Of a stretch of DNA of 64,000 bases, positions 60,800 through 64,000 are shown piece by piece (the stretch's first letter is position 1; every line of letters begins with the position of its first letter). Below the pieces are notes generated by a model. The model was given only the letters and a program-made list of their open reading frames with translations, was not told where the DNA came from and did no database searches. The translations under genes were made by a program, and so were the position numbers. This stretch comes from Limisphaerales bacterium (GTDB lineage Bacteria; Verrucomicrobiota; Verrucomicrobiia; Limisphaerales; Palsa-1400): NCBI GenBank assembly GCA_052325505.1, contig JBKQUS010000097.1, positions 14,066 through 78,065 on the forward strand, read 5' to 3'.

Positions 60800-62280
60800 A
60801 GCTCGGCCTCATTCCGTTTGACCCGATAATTCTGCCGCCAGACATCATGCTCGCGTTGCGGCATCCGCAATACGTTTTGGCGTTCAGCGGAATTCTTCTG
60901 GCGTTAATCGCCGCTTGGTTCTTGTTCGTTCCTCGAAATCACAAATACTGCGTCGCGCGGCTCGGCGGTCTGAAGTGGAAACGAAATCAATTTTGTCGCG
61001 GCTGGCTCATCACCGGCGACACCGGCTCTGGCAAAACCAGTTCCGGCATCAACCAATTGGCACACCAGGTTTTTCAAAACGAACCGCATTGGGGTGGCCT
61101 GTGCGTTGACGAAAAGGGCGTTTATTGGGAAACACTCGCGGCAATGGCGCGTCACTACGGCCGCGAACACGATTTGATTCATCTGCAAATCCGCGCAAAT
61201 GATACCGATGGGCAGTGGACGCCGCCGAATCGCTACAACCTGACCGGCGACCGCAGCATTCCGTTTTCCACCTATGCCAAGTTTATCGTGGACACCGCCA
61301 CGAGTCTTGGCCAGGGCGGCGACAAAGGTTTTTTCAAAAGCCAGGCACAAACCCATATTGCGCACGCACTCGAAATGCTCTTTGAATTGAACCGCCCCGT
61401 GACTTTGCTCGACGCGTATGAATTGTTGTCCAATCGGGATCTGCTTGAAGAAGAAATGGAAAATCTTGAAAATCTCCTCGAAACGCCACGCCGGGCCGCC
61501 GTTTATGCGCATTTTTTAGACCGTTTTCTCACCCAGCCTGCCGAACAATTTGGCGGCGTCCGTGAAACTATTGGCAACTACCTGCAATACTTCCTGACGC
61601 CCGAAGTCGCCGAGGTGTTTTGCACCGGCGAAAGCACGTTTAATTTTTCTGCGATTGACCAGGGCAAAATCATCCTCACGACGATGCCGCAAAAGTTTCA
61701 GACCGAACGGCGTTATGTGAACACATTCCTGAAGCTGCTTTATTACAATCATGCCTTGCGCCGTTTCGACAAAACCAAGTCGGACCGCGCGAAGGACAAT
61801 TTGCTCATCCTCTGGGCCGACGAGGCGCAACGGTTTATGACAGCAAGTGAAGACGGCACGAGCGATTACAACTGCGTGGACGTAATTCGCGAAGCTGGCG
61901 CAACGGTTGTCGCCGCCGCGCAAAGCACAACTTCGCTTGTGCCACCTTTGGGCAACGACAAAGCCAAAGTGCTGACCTTGAATCTCCGCAACCGTCTCAT
62001 CTTCCGCGCCGCCGACGAAGCAGATGCCGTCCAAGCCGCCGACTTTATCGGCAAGAAGCGCGTGGTGAAACGCTCATGGGGATTCAGCGCCGGCAAACGC
62101 AACGTGAATTACTCCGAAACCGAAGAACACAAAATCAAACCGCATAAGCTCCGCAATCTTCGCGACCACGAGTGTGTGCTTGTCCACTGTGAGCGGGGAT
62201 TTCGGCGTGTGACACTTCCGCCGATGGAGTCAGACGGAAGTATTTCCAAGTGGTTTTCTCGCTGGCGGCGTTGGGTTTGA
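60790..62280 (+). CDS. Type IV secretion coupling protein (TraD/TraG/VirD4-like T4CP)
   Basis: It has an N-terminal TM (YVLAFSGILLALIAAWFLFV). Walker A is ITGDTGSGKTSSG and Walker B is LLILWADEAQRF. Confidence 0.75.
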   Translation: MAMKLGLIPFDPIILPPDIMLALRHPQYVLAFSGILLALIAAWFLFVPRNHKYCVARLGGLKWKRNQFCRGWLITGDTGSGKTSSGINQLAHQVFQNEPHWGGLCVDEKGVYWETLAAMARHYGREHDLIHLQIRANDTDGQWTPPNRYNLTGDRSIPFSTYAKFIVDTATSLGQGGDKGFFKSQAQTHIAHALEMLFELNRPVTLLDAYELLSNRDLLEEEMENLENLLETPRRAAVYAHFLDRFLTQPAEQFGGVRETIGNYLQYFLTPEVAEVFCTGESTFNFSAIDQGKIILTTMPQKFQTERRYVNTFLKLLYYNHALRRFDKTKSDRAKDNLLILWADEAQRFMTASEDGTSDYNCVDVIREAGATVVAAAQSTTSLVPPLGNDKAKVLTLNLRNRLIFRAADEADAVQAADFIGKKRVVKRSWGFSAGKRNVNYSETEEHKIKPHKLRNLRDHECVLVHCERGFRRVTLPPMESDGSISKWFSRWRRWV

Positions 62281-62307
62281 CGAGGTGACTGAATCCGCGA
62301 GTTTGGG

Positions 62308-64000
62308 TTACGCCGCGAGCCGGCTTCTCAATTGATCGTGTAGTCCGCTGAGGTGATTCATAAAGCTGGACCATTTTGCTGGTGACAGAACTGAACTGAA
62401 GAATCCCGGCCCTGTAATCGGTCCTGATACCGTCATCACCACCAATCGGGTTTTTTGAAGTTGAATCAGGTTCTCCCGATTTCTGATCGCGCGTTGCATA
62501 AGGGCGTTTAGGTCCGGCAGGCTTTCGACGAATTCCGCGTTAATCTTGCTTGAGGAGACCGCGTCCAGCAGAGCATCCAGATAATCGACGGCTGTGATTT
62601 CAAAAAGCCCTTCTAGCGTCCGGTAATAGGTGTCCAAGTTGTCACGAATGTGATGCCAGCGGTCCGGACTCATCTCAAGTGTTGCATCCGCTTCCAAGGC
62701 CGCGACGATACGTTCGATTTGAGATAAGAGCAGATTGCCAATGGTCAGTAGAATATGTAGGAAGTTTGGAATTCCCTTTGCCGTCCCACGCTCTACGTGC
62801 TTGTCGAGCCGCCTTTGATGGCGTTGGACAAAATCCATGACCGCCTCGTGGAGCACCTCAAAGTGTCGGAGATTGCGCGCACCCAAAATCCGCAACGCAT
62901 CACCACCGAGCGCCGCAGCATTGTTTGAAGTTGCTCGCCGACGTAGCAGTCTCGTTGGCAAATCAATCGGGATGTCGCAATAGGTGAGAAACTGCTTCAG
63001 CCTTTCCTCATCATCGCCACTGCACAACACCGTCAGCACATCCATGAAACGCTGCGGACTTTCGCGGGCTTCCCGGATTTGTCGTTCGCGACGCACATCC
63101 CGCCCCGTGACAATGTCCTGAAGATTCGTGACGAGCACGGGGTTGCTTTGCGGCGTCCAATTCCGGGCTGAATTCACCCCAAGCTGCGCGAGTGCGGGCG
63201 CGGCGCGTAACCGCTTCTGATTGGTTTCATCAAGACGGCAACGCAGGAAGCCCGGTCCAGTTGTTTCAACACGGAGATGAAACGGGCGATTGTCACCTTG
63301 AATGATCCGGCAACCGACCGCGCTCGAAATCTGGCCACCGGTCACTTTCAACTTCAGCCAATCCTCCTCTACCTGCGACTCGGTGATCCTGAATGGAAAG
63401 CTGTTGGGCGGGGTGGAAAATTCATCCGTATTGTCGGTCGCAGTTTGAAGCTGGTTTGCGTCCCTCAAGACGACCGAAGTTCCATCGGGGTCGAACCAAG
63501 ACTTGGGTGTAACCTGTTTCGTAGTCACTGGCGGATAGCACAGCAACACCTCAAGGTTGCCGTTCATAGCGGTCCGGCGTAACGCGGCAGACGTGAAATT
63601 CGCGCTGCCCATCGCCAAGACGATCTCCTTCCCACAGGTGAAGGCATACGCCTTTCCGTGTAATTGTTGGAAGTGCTCCTCGTCGGCGTAGCGACAGAGC
63701 CGGATTTCCATGTCTCCGTCGGTGAACGCCGGCACCGCAAGCCAAGCCTTGGTAAGGGTGGTGATGCCGTTCTGAGTGTAGAGCGTCAGTCGCTTGGTTT
63801 TCGAACAATCCCGGACGTAATCCACCAGCGAAGGATGAGCGTCGAAGAATCGGGACAGAACAGAAATGTGCGAGGCCGGGCCGGGCAACCGCTCGACCAA
63901 TTGATCCCAAAGCGGTCTTTCCAAGTTGGAAAGCAGAACCGGCAGGTCACTTTTTGCAGAGTCGGGCGCAACTTTGGAAAGCCACGGCGCTTCGGCCAGC
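62308..64000 (-). CDS. PLD-superfamily (HKD, PLDc_2-like) nuclease-domain protein with long uncharacterised helical C-terminal region; N-terminus beyond window
   Basis: The HKD-type motif is LHGKAYAFTCGKEIVLAMGSANFTSAAL. The frame stays open upstream of the track start (63924) to nt 64000 (LAEAPWLSKVAPDSAKSDLPVLLSN...). Confidence 0.7.
   Translation of the reverse strand, partial: LAEAPWLSKVAPDSAKSDLPVLLSNLERPLWDQLVERLPGPASHISVLSRFFDAHPSLVDYVRDCSKTKRLTLYTQNGITTLTKAWLAVPAFTDGDMEIRLCRYADEEHFQQLHGKAYAFTCGKEIVLAMGSANFTSAALRRTAMNGNLEVLLCYPPVTTKQVTPKSWFDPDGTSVVLRDANQLQTATDNTDEFSTPPNSFPFRITESQVEEDWLKLKVTGGQISSAVGCRIIQGDNRPFHLRVETTGPGFLRCRLDETNQKRLRAAPALAQLGVNSARNWTPQSNPVLVTNLQDIVTGRDVRRERQIREARESPQRFMDVLTVLCSGDDEERLKQFLTYCDIPIDLPTRLLRRRATSNNAAALGGDALRILGARNLRHFEVLHEAVMDFVQRHQRRLDKHVERGTAKGIPNFLHILLTIGNLLLSQIERIVAALEADATLEMSPDRWHHIRDNLDTYYRTLEGLFEITAVDYLDALLDAVSSSKINAEFVESLPDLNALMQRAIRNRENLIQLQKTRLVVMTVSGPITGPGFFSSVLSPAKWSSFMNHLSGLHDQLRSRLAA

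Larger units (their letters stand above)
22904..64000. mobile_element. Integrated conjugative / mobilizable genomic island (metal, metalloid and thiol-stress cargo plus relaxase/T4CP module); right end beyond window
   Basis: There is a tRNA 3' fragment at the left edge, followed by AT-richer DNA and radC. The island carries a MobF relaxase (52917-55766), a T4CP (60790-62280), a ParA-like ATPase and an iteron field, with dense resistance cargo. No integrase or full tRNA is in the window. Confidence 0.6.

Overview
All calls come from manual reading of the sequence and the ORF track. No searches were run, so family names are motif-level recognitions and identity figures are hand counts.

The window is a GC-rich bacterial chromosome segment in two parts.

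(A) 1 to about 22.9 kb looks like PVC/Verrucomicrobia-type core genome.
- A propeller-type sensor kinase truncated by the window edge, followed by a NarL-type regulator.
- A 945-aa secreted protein built from three copies of an unrecognised ~160-aa module.
- A prepilin-type ([16 protein letters not shown]) protein.
- A ~1850-aa multidomain GH2 glycosidase carrying a fourth copy of the module.
- A convergent 2898-aa cyclic beta-1,2-glucan synthase.
- The GH2 gene is bracketed by two copies of a conserved ~110-130 nt element. Each copy lies inside a small ORF that is 4-nt coupled to the preceding gene.

(B) From a 23-nt tRNA-Cys-like 3' fragment at 22904-22926 to the window end, I infer an integrated conjugative or mobilizable island of more than 41 kb.
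- radC, then an ArsR/SmtB-controlled divergent pair of long operons. One holds a P3-type ATPase, Trx, small Cys membrane proteins and an HAE-type RND tripartite pump. The other holds an FmdE-like protein, an ArsP-like permease, a MacAB-like ABC pump, four CxxC thioredoxin-fold proteins, a DGC protein and CcdA.
- An ECF sigma / ZAS anti-sigma operon with DUF2892, rhodanese, two methyltransferases and TauE.
- A LysR/YeiH pair.
- An arsR-arsC-arsC-orf-arsD-arsA-arsC-acr3 operon.
- A MobF (TrwC/TraI-like) relaxase.
- A merA-less mer cassette that sits between two imperfect copies of the relaxase promoter and 5' end.
- An iteron field, an HTH/ParA/T4CP transfer operon, and a PLD (HKD) nuclease-like gene running off the right edge.

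The items most worth follow-up are the coupled small-ORF/conserved element pair, the recurrent 160-aa module, the thiol-disulfide-rich resistance operon, the sigma/ZAS chalcogen-type operon, the repeat-flanked mer cassette with TGTCCGCG iterons, and the PLD protein.
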